Shown one piece after another: positions 42,930 through 52,778 of a DNA stretch of 64,000 nt (the stretch's first letter is position 1; the number at the start of each line of letters is the position of its first letter). The notes beneath the pieces were generated by a model, which saw only the letters and a list, made by a program, of their open reading frames with translations, was not told where the DNA came from and ran no database searches. The stretch is from Clostridia bacterium (GTDB lineage: Bacteria; Bacillota; Clostridia; Oscillospirales; Acutalibacteraceae): NCBI GenBank assembly GCA_017416765.1, contig JAFQBE010000003.1, positions 199-64,198 of the forward strand, written 5' to 3'. A program made the position numbers and the translations under genes.

Positions 42930-43343
42930 ATGTGCTTGAATTTAGAAAAATTAGATTACATATTTACCTATAAACCGTTATTAATTGGCGGCAAAGCAAT
43001 GGAATACTACGGGTTAAGAAAAGCCGGTAAAGACATTGATTTGGTTGTCCATCCTCAAGATCACGCAAATTTAGTAAACAAATATCCCGATAACATTAAG
43101 AATTTATACGGAGATATAGGTGTTTGTGAATTCGGGTTTGAGATATGGAATCAAATATGCACTTTTGATTATTCATATTTGAAAGCTGATGCTGTTGAAG
43201 AAGACAACTGTCTTATTATTTTTTTGGAAAAGCTGCTGTTTTTAAAAGCGTTAGCTATGGAAATACCCAAATACCACAAAGATTTAGAATTGGTGGTTAA
43301 AAAAGTTTTAGACAAAGCATATGAGAACTATAAATTAGATTAA
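42930..43343 (+). CDS. hypothetical protein, possible minimal nucleotidyltransferase fold
   Basis: The GGKAMEYYGLRKAGKDIDLVV pattern (G-G/S ... D-x-D) is suggestive only. Confidence 0.4.
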   Translation: MCLNLEKLDYIFTYKPLLIGGKAMEYYGLRKAGKDIDLVVHPQDHANLVNKYPDNIKNLYGDIGVCEFGFEIWNQICTFDYSYLKADAVEEDNCLIIFLEKLLFLKALAMEIPKYHKDLELVVKKVLDKAYENYKLD

Positions 43344-43358
43344 AACTAATCGGCTTTT

Positions 43359-43384
43359 GCGGCGGGGTCAAAACCCCGCCCTAC
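43359..43384. repeat. copy of the GC-rich hairpin repeat between convergent genes (may act as a terminator)
   Basis: TTTTGCGGCGGGGTCAAAACCCCGCCCTACTTT: 8-bp perfect stem with the same GCGG...CCCTAC flanks as the copies in the fibre locus. Confidence 0.7.
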
Positions 43385-43462
43385 TTTAAATAATCTCAAT
43401 ACTCATAAAATAATGACACCGCAAGTCTTTTTTCACAAGGTTTGCGGTGTTTTCTGTTTGAT

Positions 43463-45565
43463 TTATTTGATTTTAAGCTCTGTGCAGGTTGTACCTGTAA
43501 GGCGGTTGCTGACTTCATCAGGCTGATGTCCGCCGACAAAAAGTGTTATTTCACCGTCGGGTTCTGCTCTGCTGCCGTCATTAAGCACAGCCTTGAGCCA
43601 ATAGCGGTCAATTACTGCGGTAAGCGTTGCGGTTGCACCTGCTTCAAGCTCTGCCGTAGCTATACCGCAAAGCTGATAATTAGGTGTTGCAACTCTGCTG
43701 TCAGAATACTTTGCATATACCTGCATATGCTCGATACCTGCCGTTTTACCCGTGTTTGTAACATCGGCTGAAACAGTAATTTTTTCATCATTCACATCAA
43801 CAAGCTTTACATTATCATAGGCAAAGCTTGTGTAAGAAAGACCGAAGCCAAAGGGATACAAAGCCTCACCGTCAATATACCTGTAGGTTCTGCCAGCCAT
43901 TGAATAATCGCCGAAATCGGGCACATTGTGTGCACCGTCATAAATTGTTACGGGCAGCTTACCTGCAGGAGAAACTTCACCTGCAAGGATATTTGCAACA
44001 GCAAGTCCGCCGAGTGCGCCCGGATACCATGCATGAATAATAGCCTTTGCGTGATTTCTGACCTTTTCACCAAGGTCGATTGAGCTGCCGCACATAAGCA
44101 CAACAACAACATTTTCACAGACATCGCATACGCCTTCTGCCAGCTTCTGCTGTGTTTCGGGAAGATAGAGTGTTTTCTTATCACCTGCTGCGGTATACGG
44201 GTCATCAAAGCCCGTATCTTCACCTTCAACAGAGCAGTCAAGACCAAGAGCAAGCACCGTAACATCTGCTGCCGATGCAGCGGCAAGACCGTCGGAAAGC
44301 ATATTATTAAAGCCGCTCCAATGGTTCTTCTGTTCAAAGCAGTAGTTACAGCCGCGTTCGACATTGACCGTTGCATCAGAGAATACCCTGCGTACACCGT
44401 CAGCAACTGTTACATACTCGGAAGCGTATGCATTATAGTTACCCTCAAGCGCTGTAAGCGACTGGGCATTAGGACCGACAACAGCAATACGCATATCGGT
44501 ATTTTTATCAAGAGGAAGATAATTATCATTTTTGAGAAGTACGGGACACTGCTGTGCCGCTTTAAGGTTGAGCGCTTTATGTTCCTTACAATCGAGCTTA
44601 TCGTAGCCAATATGTGCAAAGGGATTTTCTTCTTCAAACTCACCGAGAAGGAAGCGGATAGTATAAATATTTTCTGCAGCAGCAGTAATATCTTCATCAG
44701 TAATCAAATCCTGCTCATATGCATCAACAAGAGCTGAATATGTATCGCCGCAGTTGAGGTCACAGCCTGCTTTAAGAGCAACGGCAGCAGCCTCTTCCTT
44801 GGTTGCTGTATAGGCATGGTCGCGGTAAATATCGCCTATAGCACCGCAGTCTGAAACAAAATAGCCGTCAAAGCCCCAATCGCCGCGCAAAACCTTCTGC
44901 ATGAGATACGGATGAGCACAGCATGGATCGCCGTTTGTACGGTTGTACGCACCCATAACACCTGCAACGCCGCCTTCTTTAACAGTCTTTTCAAATGCAG
45001 GGAGATAGGTTTCATACATATCGTGCAAATCAACCTTTGCATCGAAACCGTGGCGGGTTTTTTCGGGTCCTGAATGTACGGCATAGTGCTTGGAGCAAGC
45101 CGCACCCTTCATAAACTCGCCATCGCCCTGAATACCTTTTATAAAGGCTGTACCGAGGGTTGCGGTAAGGTACGGGTCTTCACCGAAGGTTTCCTGACCT
45201 CTGCCCCAACGGGGATCGCGGAAAATATTGATATTAGGGGCCCAGAAGGTAATACCCTTGAATATATCGTAATCGCCGAATTTTACGTGCTGATTGTACT
45301 TTGCACGGCCTTCGGTAGAAATTACATCTGCAATTTCATTGATAAGTTCAGGATTAAACGAAGCTGCCATAGCAATTGTATGGGGAAAAACGGTAGCAGT
45401 ACCTGCACGGGCTACACCGTGCGCACCCTCATTCCACCAGTTGTATTCGTTTATGCCAAGTCTTTCAATAGCAGGAGAATTGTAGAGAAGCTGACTCATT
45501 TTTTCTTCAGCTGTCATCTTTGAAACAAGCTCTTTTGCCCTTAATCTTGCAGTTGCTTTATCCAT
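43463..45565 (-). CDS. glycoside hydrolase family 3 (beta-glucosidase/beta-xylosidase type)
   Basis: FRDPRWGRGQETFGEDPYL, KHYAVHSGPE and GFDGYFVSDCGAI motifs; start set at ATG 45565 (GGAGG upstream). Confidence 0.85.
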   Translation of the reverse strand: MDKATARLRAKELVSKMTAEEKMSQLLYNSPAIERLGINEYNWWNEGAHGVARAGTATVFPHTIAMAASFNPELINEIADVISTEGRAKYNQHVKFGDYDIFKGITFWAPNINIFRDPRWGRGQETFGEDPYLTATLGTAFIKGIQGDGEFMKGAACSKHYAVHSGPEKTRHGFDAKVDLHDMYETYLPAFEKTVKEGGVAGVMGAYNRTNGDPCCAHPYLMQKVLRGDWGFDGYFVSDCGAIGDIYRDHAYTATKEEAAAVALKAGCDLNCGDTYSALVDAYEQDLITDEDITAAAENIYTIRFLLGEFEEENPFAHIGYDKLDCKEHKALNLKAAQQCPVLLKNDNYLPLDKNTDMRIAVVGPNAQSLTALEGNYNAYASEYVTVADGVRRVFSDATVNVERGCNYCFEQKNHWSGFNNMLSDGLAAASAADVTVLALGLDCSVEGEDTGFDDPYTAAGDKKTLYLPETQQKLAEGVCDVCENVVVVLMCGSSIDLGEKVRNHAKAIIHAWYPGALGGLAVANILAGEVSPAGKLPVTIYDGAHNVPDFGDYSMAGRTYRYIDGEALYPFGFGLSYTSFAYDNVKLVDVNDEKITVSADVTNTGKTAGIEHMQVYAKYSDSRVATPNYQLCGIATAELEAGATATLTAVIDRYWLKAVLNDGSRAEPDGEITLFVGGHQPDEVSNRLTGTTCTELKIK

Positions 45566-45580
45566 TTTACCTTCCTCCAA

Positions 45581-46879
45581 TTAAACATCGTTACGGATTA
45601 TATCTTCATAGGTTTCGCGTTTTACAACAACTCTTGCTTTACCGCCGCTTACCATTACAACGGGCGGCTTGGGTATACGGTTGTAGTTGGATGACATGGA
45701 ATAATTGTATGCGCCCGTTGAGAACACAGCTACGATATCGCCGGGTTCAACACGCTGAATCATAGCATTTTCCTGTATAAGGTCGCCGCTTTCGCAGCAG
45801 CGTCCCGCAAGGGTGATTTTATAGTCCTTCGCTTTATCAGCTTTGTTTGCGCACACCATTTCGTAGGTTGCCTGGTAAAGAATATAGCGGGGATTATCGC
45901 CCATTCCGCCGTCAATTGAAACATAATTTCTGACACCGGGAATTTCCTTTACCGCGCCAACGGTATAAAGAGTAATACCCGCAGAGCCTGCAATACTTCT
46001 GCCCGGCTCGATAATAACAAAAGGTGTTTTTACACCGTACTTTTCACAGGCAGATTTGAGTACACCTGCAACGGTAGCCATATATTCCGAATATTCAAGA
46101 GGCTTATCAGCATCGGAATACTTGATACCGAAACCGCCGCCAAGGTCGAGCTCATCAAGCTCTGCGCCCGTTTCAGCCTTAATATCCGCCATAAACTTAA
46201 CCATAACCTCTGCAGCATGCTCAAAGGGCATAACCTCAAAAATCTGCGAGCCGATATGGCAATGTACACCCTTGAGGCAGATATTTTCAGCCGCTATTGC
46301 CGCCTTTATGCCCTGCATTGCTTCGCCTGTTTCAAGTGCAAAGCCGAATTTACTGTCAATCTGACCGGTCATGATAAAAGAATGTGTGTGTGCGTCAATA
46401 CCCGGCTTTATGCGCAGGATTACATTAACCGTTTTGCCCTGCTTTTTGGCTTCTCTGTTGACATTTTCAAGCTCGTACATATTATCAACAACAATTCTGC
46501 CGACATTTTCGCGAACAGCAAATTCAAGCTCATCAAGCGTTTTGTTGTTGCCGTGGAAGAATATTTTATCAGTCGGGAAGCCTGCGCTGATTGCGGTATA
46601 AAGCTCACCGCCCGAAACAACATCAAGCCCCATTTTTTCTTCGTTCACAATTTTGCACATTGCCTTGCAGTTAAATGCCTTTGATGCGTAAATTGCAAGA
46701 CCGTTGCCTGCGTAATTATCTTCTATTGACTTTACATACGCGCGGCAGTTTTCTCTTATTTTATCTTCATCGACAACATAACACGGTGTACCGTAGGTTG
46801 CGGCAAGCTCAACCGTATCGACACCGCCTATTGTCAGATGACCTTTTTCATTTACCGACAAACAATCTGAAACAAACAT
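45581..46879 (-). CDS. lysA: diaminopimelate decarboxylase
   Basis: PLP-dependent group IV decarboxylase pattern: YASKAF, HCHIGSQ, LDLGGGFG, EPGRSIAG and CESGD motifs. Confidence 0.9.
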   Translation of the reverse strand: MFVSDCLSVNEKGHLTIGGVDTVELAATYGTPCYVVDEDKIRENCRAYVKSIEDNYAGNGLAIYASKAFNCKAMCKIVNEEKMGLDVVSGGELYTAISAGFPTDKIFFHGNNKTLDELEFAVRENVGRIVVDNMYELENVNREAKKQGKTVNVILRIKPGIDAHTHSFIMTGQIDSKFGFALETGEAMQGIKAAIAAENICLKGVHCHIGSQIFEVMPFEHAAEVMVKFMADIKAETGAELDELDLGGGFGIKYSDADKPLEYSEYMATVAGVLKSACEKYGVKTPFVIIEPGRSIAGSAGITLYTVGAVKEIPGVRNYVSIDGGMGDNPRYILYQATYEMVCANKADKAKDYKITLAGRCCESGDLIQENAMIQRVEPGDIVAVFSTGAYNYSMSSNYNRIPKPPVVMVSGGKARVVVKRETYEDIIRNDV

Positions 46880-46900
46880 ATTTTAACCTTCTTAATTATT

Positions 46901-47488
46901 TTAGTCGCAAGCCTTTTCGATTTCGGCTTTTACAGCTTCAACACCGTCACCCTTCACGGATGAACAGGGAATTTTTACTATATCGGTATAATCTGCAAGC
47001 TCGGTTTCAAGCGCTTCAAGCCTTGCATTATACTCGGTTTTGTTTAATTTATCGCACTTTGTAAGAGCAATAATAAACGGATAATTCATCTCTTTAAGGA
47101 AAGAGAGCATGGTCATATCGTCGGCTGTGGGCTTATGGCGCATATCAATAAGCTGAACAACCAGCCGGATATCGCGCTCAGTTTTGAAGTAACCTTCCAT
47201 AAGCTCTGCCCAGCGGCGCTTTTCACCGGGAGCTGCCTTTGCGTAGCCGTAGCCGGGCAGGTCAACAAGCCTTGCATTACCCACGCTGAAAAAGTTTACC
47301 GTTATGGTCTTGCCCGGTACGGAGCTGACGCGAGCAAGAGATTTGCGGTTGAATATTTTGTTAAGAAGCGAGCTTTTGCCGACATTTGAGCGACCTGCAA
47401 AAGCTACTTCGGGTACTGATGATTTGGGAAGCTGACGCAAAGTACCGAAAGCGGCTTCAAACTTTACGCTGTTATAGTTAATTTTCAC
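46901..47488 (-). CDS. engB: ribosome biogenesis GTP-binding protein YsxC/EngB
   Basis: FAGRSNVGKSSLLN (G1), DLPGYGYA (G3), TKCDK (G4); located immediately downstream of lon, as in many Firmicutes. Confidence 0.9.
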   Translation of the reverse strand: MKINYNSVKFEAAFGTLRQLPKSSVPEVAFAGRSNVGKSSLLNKIFNRKSLARVSSVPGKTITVNFFSVGNARLVDLPGYGYAKAAPGEKRRWAELMEGYFKTERDIRLVVQLIDMRHKPTADDMTMLSFLKEMNYPFIIALTKCDKLNKTEYNARLEALETELADYTDIVKIPCSSVKGDGVEAVKAEIEKACD

Positions 47489-47500
47489 GTCTTACACCTC

Positions 47501-49906
47501 TTACTGGGCATAGTCATGCACGGAAACTTTTTTATCGTCCACGGGAGTTTTTGCTTTTTTTGCCTTCTTATCCTTTTGGGGAAGTTGACAAAGTGCAGTT
47601 TCAAGCACAGTCATAACATCCGTAGCGGGAACAAACTCAACATTTTCCTTGACTATTGCTTCAACATCGTCGAGCGACGGAATATTGCGCTGCGGAATGA
47701 TAACCGTTTTAACACCTGCAAGGTAAGCCGCCATGGTTTTTTCTTTAAGACCACCTATGGGAAGCACTCTGCCGCGCAAAGTAACCTCACCCGTCATGGC
47801 GACACTTGATTTAACAGGAATACCTGTAAGCGCAGAAACCAAGGCAGTGGTAATTGTTATACCTGCGGAAGGACCGTCTTTTGGCACAGCACCTTCGGGG
47901 AAATGCAGGTGAATATCCTTGTGTTTATAGAAATCGGGCTGAATACCGAGCTTTTCGGCATTGGCGCGGATAAAGCTGATTGCCGCATGGGCAGACTCCT
48001 TCATAACATCGCCGAGTGAACCGGTAAGCTCAAGCTTGCCTGTACCGTCAAGCACAGCAGCTTCAACATCAAGCATTTCGCCGCCGACAGCAGTCCATGC
48101 AAGTCCGCGGGCAACACCAACCTCATCCCTGATAAATTTATCTTCACGCTCAAATCTGCGTGTTCCGAGTATATCCTTCAAGCCTTCGGGTTTTACCCCA
48201 AAGCTCTTTGCGCCGTTGGCAACTGCAACCGCACCCTTACGGCATACTGCAGCAAGCTCTCTTTCAAGCTGACGCACACCTGCTTCGCGCGTATAGCCAT
48301 CAATAATTTCGCGTATTGCGGAGTCACTTACGCGAAGAGTTCTGCCGTTGAGTCCGTGGCGCTTTGCCTGCTTGGGAAGAAGATGCTTTTTAGCTATATT
48401 GAACTTTTCTTCGGCTGTATAGCTGCCAAGCTCAATAAGCTCCATTCGGTCAAGCAAAGGCTGCGGAATTGCAGAACGGTCGTTAGCCGTTGTAACAAAA
48501 AGCACACGGCTTAAATCAAACGGCAGTTCAACATAATGGTCGCGGAAGGTGTCATTTTGCTCACCGTCCAGCACCTCAAGAAGTGCCGAGGACGGATCCC
48601 CCTTATAATCTGCACCGAGTTTATCTATTTCATCAAGCAGAATAAGCGGATTACAGCTGCCTGCCTGCGAAATTGCGTTGATAATTCTGCCGGGCATTGC
48701 ACCGATATAGGTTTTTCTGTGACCTCTGATTTCAGCCTCATCACGCACACCGCCAAGGGAAACGCGGGCATATTTTCTGCCCATTGCCGCGGCAACGGAA
48801 CGCGCAATTGAGGTTTTACCGACACCGGGAGGTCCGACAAGGCATATAATCTGCCCTTTTATATCGGGCGAAAGCTTACGCACGGCAAGCATTTCAATCA
48901 TGCGCTGTTTGACCTTTTCCATGCCGTAATGGTCATTATCAAGTACTTTTTTGGCTTTTTCAAGGTTAAGGTCATCGGTTGTGTATACATTCCACGGCAA
49001 AGCAAGACAGGTTTCAAGGTAAGTTCTGATAACCATAGCTTCGGGCGAAGACTTTGAGGTTTTATCAAGCCTTGAACATTCCTGCAAAAGCTTTGCTCTG
49101 CCGGCTTCATCAATATTGAGTGCTTCAATTTTCTCGCGGAAAACTGCGGCTTCGTCGGCTTCTTCACCGTCAAGCTCAACTGAAATTGCACGCATCTGCT
49201 CACGCAGATAGTATTCACGCTGATTCTGGTCCATCTGATCCTGAACCTTTATCTGAATCCCCTCTTCAAGTTCAAGAATCTGTGTTTCACTGCGAAGCAG
49301 GGCGCACAGCTTTTCAAGACGGACAAGCGGATTAAGTTCAGCAAGAATCGGCTGCTTTTTATCGGCTGAAATTGCCGAATTTGATATTATGAAATCAGCA
49401 AGCTCGCCCGGATTTTCCTGTGCGAGAACATCGAGAATGAATTCGGTAGGCATATTCGGTACAAATGCCGCATATTCCTGAAAATCATCCTTACATACGC
49501 GCACAAGTGCCTGGGCATATTCTCTGTCCTCAGATTTGATTCGCGTTGTGTTGCGCTGCTGAACAAGGGTTACAAGGTAGGGTGATGTGCGCTGGATTTC
49601 AACAACACTGCCTCTGTAAAGACCCTCTACCGCAACACGAAGGTTTTCATTGTTGGGCGAAGAAAGAATCTGCTGAACTGAGCAGATAACACCCATTGAA
49701 TAAAATTCGGAAGGCAAAGCAGGCTCTTCTGTACGAAGGTCCTTCTGCATTACCAGAAAAATTTCACGGTTGCCCGCCATAGCTGCTTTAAGTGCCGCTA
49801 TTGACTGCTTGCGACTGACTTCAAAGTGCAGCTGCATATTCGGAAATACCGCCATGCCGCGTATAGCGACGGTCGGCATTGAACGGATTATAACTTCTCT
49901 TGCCAT
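47501..49906 (-). CDS. lon: ATP-dependent Lon protease (LonA)
   Basis: LON N-domain, AAA+ core [13 protein letters not shown], protease Ser box [15 protein letters not shown]. Confidence 0.95.
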   Translation of the reverse strand: MAREVIIRSMPTVAIRGMAVFPNMQLHFEVSRKQSIAALKAAMAGNREIFLVMQKDLRTEEPALPSEFYSMGVICSVQQILSSPNNENLRVAVEGLYRGSVVEIQRTSPYLVTLVQQRNTTRIKSEDREYAQALVRVCKDDFQEYAAFVPNMPTEFILDVLAQENPGELADFIISNSAISADKKQPILAELNPLVRLEKLCALLRSETQILELEEGIQIKVQDQMDQNQREYYLREQMRAISVELDGEEADEAAVFREKIEALNIDEAGRAKLLQECSRLDKTSKSSPEAMVIRTYLETCLALPWNVYTTDDLNLEKAKKVLDNDHYGMEKVKQRMIEMLAVRKLSPDIKGQIICLVGPPGVGKTSIARSVAAAMGRKYARVSLGGVRDEAEIRGHRKTYIGAMPGRIINAISQAGSCNPLILLDEIDKLGADYKGDPSSALLEVLDGEQNDTFRDHYVELPFDLSRVLFVTTANDRSAIPQPLLDRMELIELGSYTAEEKFNIAKKHLLPKQAKRHGLNGRTLRVSDSAIREIIDGYTREAGVRQLERELAAVCRKGAVAVANGAKSFGVKPEGLKDILGTRRFEREDKFIRDEVGVARGLAWTAVGGEMLDVEAAVLDGTGKLELTGSLGDVMKESAHAAISFIRANAEKLGIQPDFYKHKDIHLHFPEGAVPKDGPSAGITITTALVSALTGIPVKSSVAMTGEVTLRGRVLPIGGLKEKTMAAYLAGVKTVIIPQRNIPSLDDVEAIVKENVEFVPATDVMTVLETALCQLPQKDKKAKKAKTPVDDKKVSVHDYAQ

Positions 49907-49991
49907 TTATTTAAACTTTTCCTTTCGCTTTCGCTATACAGACTTATGCTGTATGTACAAATGCTGTCGAAAGCTGATTTTATAGTTGTTT

Positions 49992-50020
49992 ATTTTAACA
50001 TAAAGATATTTTTTAGTCAA
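49992..50020 (-). promoter_or_regulatory. sigma-A-type promoter of lon
   Basis: Minus strand TTGACT (50020-50015), 17 nt, TAAAAT (49997-49992), about 85 nt upstream of the lon ATG. Confidence 0.6.
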
Positions 50021-50058
50021 CTTAATTAAATTAGTAATATATAGGTTTTCTTGAAAAC

Positions 50059-50090
50059 ATCTGTGTAAAGCAAGATATCTTTACACAGAT
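50059..50090. promoter_or_regulatory. 12-bp perfect inverted repeat upstream of the lon promoter
   Basis: ATCTGTGTAAAG-N8-CTTTACACAGAT, 39 nt upstream of the -35 box. Confidence 0.4.
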
Positions 50091-50202
50091 ATCGAATTGT
50101 AATAAAAGTGAAGAAATGTTTTGTTTTTCTTCTTCAAGGGATATTTCCGTTGATATATCACACTTTATTGAATCAGATATAAAAAACAGAAGCAATAAAT
50201 CA

Positions 50203-50246
50203 TATAAAAAATGGCACTATGTAAAGGTAGAAGCCATTACATAGTG
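50203..50246 (-). terminator. intrinsic terminator of serA
   Basis: Minus strand CACTATGTAA-N12-TTACATAGTG followed by CCATTTTTTAT, about 30 nt after the serA stop. Confidence 0.65.
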
Positions 50247-50278
50247 TCCAAGTAAGCAAATTAAGTTTTGTATTAATT

Positions 50279-51415
50279 TCAGCCGATTACGCGTACTCTG
50301 TATACGCCTTCAACCGCATTGAGCTTTTCGACAACACAGTCGCAGGACATATCTGCTACCGTATAGGAAACACCCTTTCTTGAAGCTGTGGTAACATTTG
50401 CTGTGCAGCCTTCCATAGCAGCCATAACTGCGGATATGCATGCATCTGTATGAAGAACACATACACGCTTACCGTTGAGCGCACCAAGACGCATTGCAGG
50501 AGCATTAACGGAGTTGATAATTTCGCCCTTTTCAAGGTAAGCTGTAAGCTCATCAGCAGCCATAACAGCACAGTTATCCTCCGATTCGGGAGTTGATGCA
50601 CCGAGGTGAGGCAGAGCAACAACACCGTCAACACCAATCTGTTCATCAGTCGGGAAATCGGTTACATAAGCCGCTGCCTTGCCGCTTGAAAGAGCTTCAA
50701 TAACGCTTGCGTTATCAACAAGCTCGCCGCGTGCAAAGTTGAGAATACGGACACCGTCCTTCATCTTTGCAAATGTATCTGCATTAATCATGCCTTTTGT
50801 GCTGTCATTACAGGGAAGGTGGAGAGAAATATAGTCAGCTGCGGCATAAACAGCTTCAAGGCTGTCAACAATCTTAATATCGGAATTGAGAGAAGCTGCT
50901 GCCTCTGCGCTGAGGAAAGCATCGAAGCCGACAACATCCATACCGAGTGCAACAGCGGCATTTGCAACCTTTGCACCGATAGCGCCAAGACCGATTACAC
51001 CGAGGGTTTTGCCCATGATTTCAGGACCGACAAACTGTGACTTGCCTTTTTCAACAAGCTTGGAAACATTTGCACCTTCGCCTTTAAGGGTTTTGCACCA
51101 ATCCATAGCAGCAGGAATTCTTCTGGAGGAAAGGAAAAGACCGCAGAGGACAAGCTCTTTAACCGCGTTTGCATTTGCGCCGGGTGTGTTGAAAACAACT
51201 ATACCCTGCTCTGTGCATTTGTCAAGCGGAATATTGTTAACACCTGCACCTGCGCGTGCAATAGCTACTGTATTTGCGGCAAATTCCATATCGTGCATTG
51301 CTGCGGAACGAACCATTATTGCATCGGGTGCTTCAACTGCATCTGCACAGGTATAGCCTGCGGGGAATCTGTCTGTACCGCACTTTGCAATTTTATTAAG
51401 AGTAAGAATATTCAT
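50279..51415 (-). CDS. serA: D-3-phosphoglycerate dehydrogenase
   Basis: 2-hydroxyacid dehydrogenase fold with NAD motif GVIGLGAIG, followed by a C-terminal regulatory-type domain; directly downstream of serC. Confidence 0.85.
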   Translation of the reverse strand: MNILTLNKIAKCGTDRFPAGYTCADAVEAPDAIMVRSAAMHDMEFAANTVAIARAGAGVNNIPLDKCTEQGIVVFNTPGANANAVKELVLCGLFLSSRRIPAAMDWCKTLKGEGANVSKLVEKGKSQFVGPEIMGKTLGVIGLGAIGAKVANAAVALGMDVVGFDAFLSAEAAASLNSDIKIVDSLEAVYAAADYISLHLPCNDSTKGMINADTFAKMKDGVRILNFARGELVDNASVIEALSSGKAAAYVTDFPTDEQIGVDGVVALPHLGASTPESEDNCAVMAADELTAYLEKGEIINSVNAPAMRLGALNGKRVCVLHTDACISAVMAAMEGCTANVTTASRKGVSYTVADMSCDCVVEKLNAVEGVYRVRVIG

Positions 51416-51429
51416 TGTAAAAGTTCACC

Positions 51430-52512
51430 TCAACCGTTGTTCTTTTCGAATTCAGTCATGAATTCAACAAGCTTTTCTACACCTTCATAGGGCATAGCAT
51501 TGTAGATGGAAGCACGCATGCCGCCGACTGAACGGTGACCCTTGAGGTTCACAAAGCCTGCTTCTGTAGCTTCCTTGACAAACTTTGCATCAAGGTCTGC
51601 ATCGCCTGTAACAAATGTTACATTCATCATTGAACGGTCTTCCTTATTGACACCGTTTTTGAAAAGCTTGCTGTTATCAAGGAAATCGTAAAGAACCTTT
51701 GCCTTTGCTGCATTGCGTTCCTTCATTGCTTCAAGACCGCCGATGCTCTTTATCCATTCAAGAACAAGCTTGCAAATATAGATGGAATAACAGGGAGGTG
51801 TGTTGTACATTGAACCGTTATCGGCCATCTCTTTGTAGTTGAGCATTGAGGGTGTGTAATCGCGTGCGTTGCCGAGCAAATCTTCACGAACAATTACAAC
51901 AGTAAGACCTGCGGGACCGATATTCTTCTGCGCGCCGCCATAGATAAGACCGAACTTTGTAACATCCATGGGTTCTGAAAGGAAGCAAGATGAAACATCG
52001 GCAATAAGCGGAACATCGCCTGTATCGGGAATGTACTTGTAGGTTGTACCGTAGATAGTGTTGTTGAAGCAGACATAGACATAGTCAGCTTCGGGGTCAA
52101 AATCAGACTTTTCAAGCTTGGGGATATACGAGAATGTATCTTCCTTGGAGCTTGCAACTACGCGTACATCGCCGTACTTGCATGCTTCCTTATATGCCTT
52201 GGTTGAAAACTGACCTGTGAGAACATAGTCTGCCTTTTTGCTGCCGTTCATAAAATTGAGCGGGATAGCTGCAAACTGTGTGGATGCGCCGCCCTGGAGG
52301 AAGAGGACTTTGTAGTTGTCGGGGATGCCCAGAACCTCACGGAAAAGTGCTTCAGCTTCTTTGATTATACCCTCGTAGATTTTGGAGCGGTGGGACATTT
52401 CCATAACGGACTGACCGCTGCCCTTGTAATCAAGCATTTCTGCCGCTGCTCTGTTGAGAACGGATTCAGGAAGCATTGAGGGACCTGCTGAAAAATTATA
52501 AACTCTTGCCAT
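51430..52512 (-). CDS. serC: phosphoserine aminotransferase
   Basis: YNFSAGPSMLPESVL N-terminus, GGAQKNIGPAG (PLP Lys region), HRS-x-GG-x-RAS-x-YNA C-terminal motif; start set at ATG 52512 (GGAGG upstream). Confidence 0.9.
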   Translation of the reverse strand: MARVYNFSAGPSMLPESVLNRAAAEMLDYKGSGQSVMEMSHRSKIYEGIIKEAEALFREVLGIPDNYKVLFLQGGASTQFAAIPLNFMNGSKKADYVLTGQFSTKAYKEACKYGDVRVVASSKEDTFSYIPKLEKSDFDPEADYVYVCFNNTIYGTTYKYIPDTGDVPLIADVSSCFLSEPMDVTKFGLIYGGAQKNIGPAGLTVVIVREDLLGNARDYTPSMLNYKEMADNGSMYNTPPCYSIYICKLVLEWIKSIGGLEAMKERNAAKAKVLYDFLDNSKLFKNGVNKEDRSMMNVTFVTGDADLDAKFVKEATEAGFVNLKGHRSVGGMRASIYNAMPYEGVEKLVEFMTEFEKNNG

Positions 52513-52561
52513 AAAAATTACCTCCTGCAAGAATAAGAATACAAATTAAAATATACTTGAC

Positions 52562-52591
52562 ATTATATGCTTTTTTATTCTTTATTGTCAA
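52562..52591 (-). promoter_or_regulatory. sigma-A-type promoter of serC-serA
   Basis: Minus strand TTGACA (52591-52586), 18 nt, TATAAT (52567-52562). Confidence 0.6.
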
Positions 52592-52686
52592 GCATTTTAA
52601 TGTTATTATTAATAGAAAGATTTGACTTTTAGCAAATTTACTAAAAAAAGGCGCAAACAGCGGTCAAATAACAGAAATTTCCATGA

Positions 52687-52715
52687 TTGAAAAGCACATA
52701 TTTTTGGTATAAAAT
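52687..52715 (+). promoter_or_regulatory. sigma-A-type promoter of pgk-tpiA-gpmI
   Basis: TTGAAA (52687-52692), 17 nt, TAAAAT (52710-52715). Confidence 0.55.
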
Positions 52716-52778
52716 AAGCAATGTAGGTTTTTACCGGTTTATAAAACAAATGATATAAATGAAAGGATGTACCGAAAA

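Noticed and set aside
46880-46900. Lysine (L-box) riboswitch upstream of lysA
   Set aside because: Only 21 nt separate lysA from engB. lysA appears to be co-transcribed with lon-engB, so there is no room for a riboswitch.
52555-52592. Inverted CTTGACA ... TGTCAAG pair around the serC promoter as an operator
   Set aside because: The arms are only 7 bp, and one arm is simply the -35 hexamer. This is most likely a coincidence in AT-rich promoter DNA.
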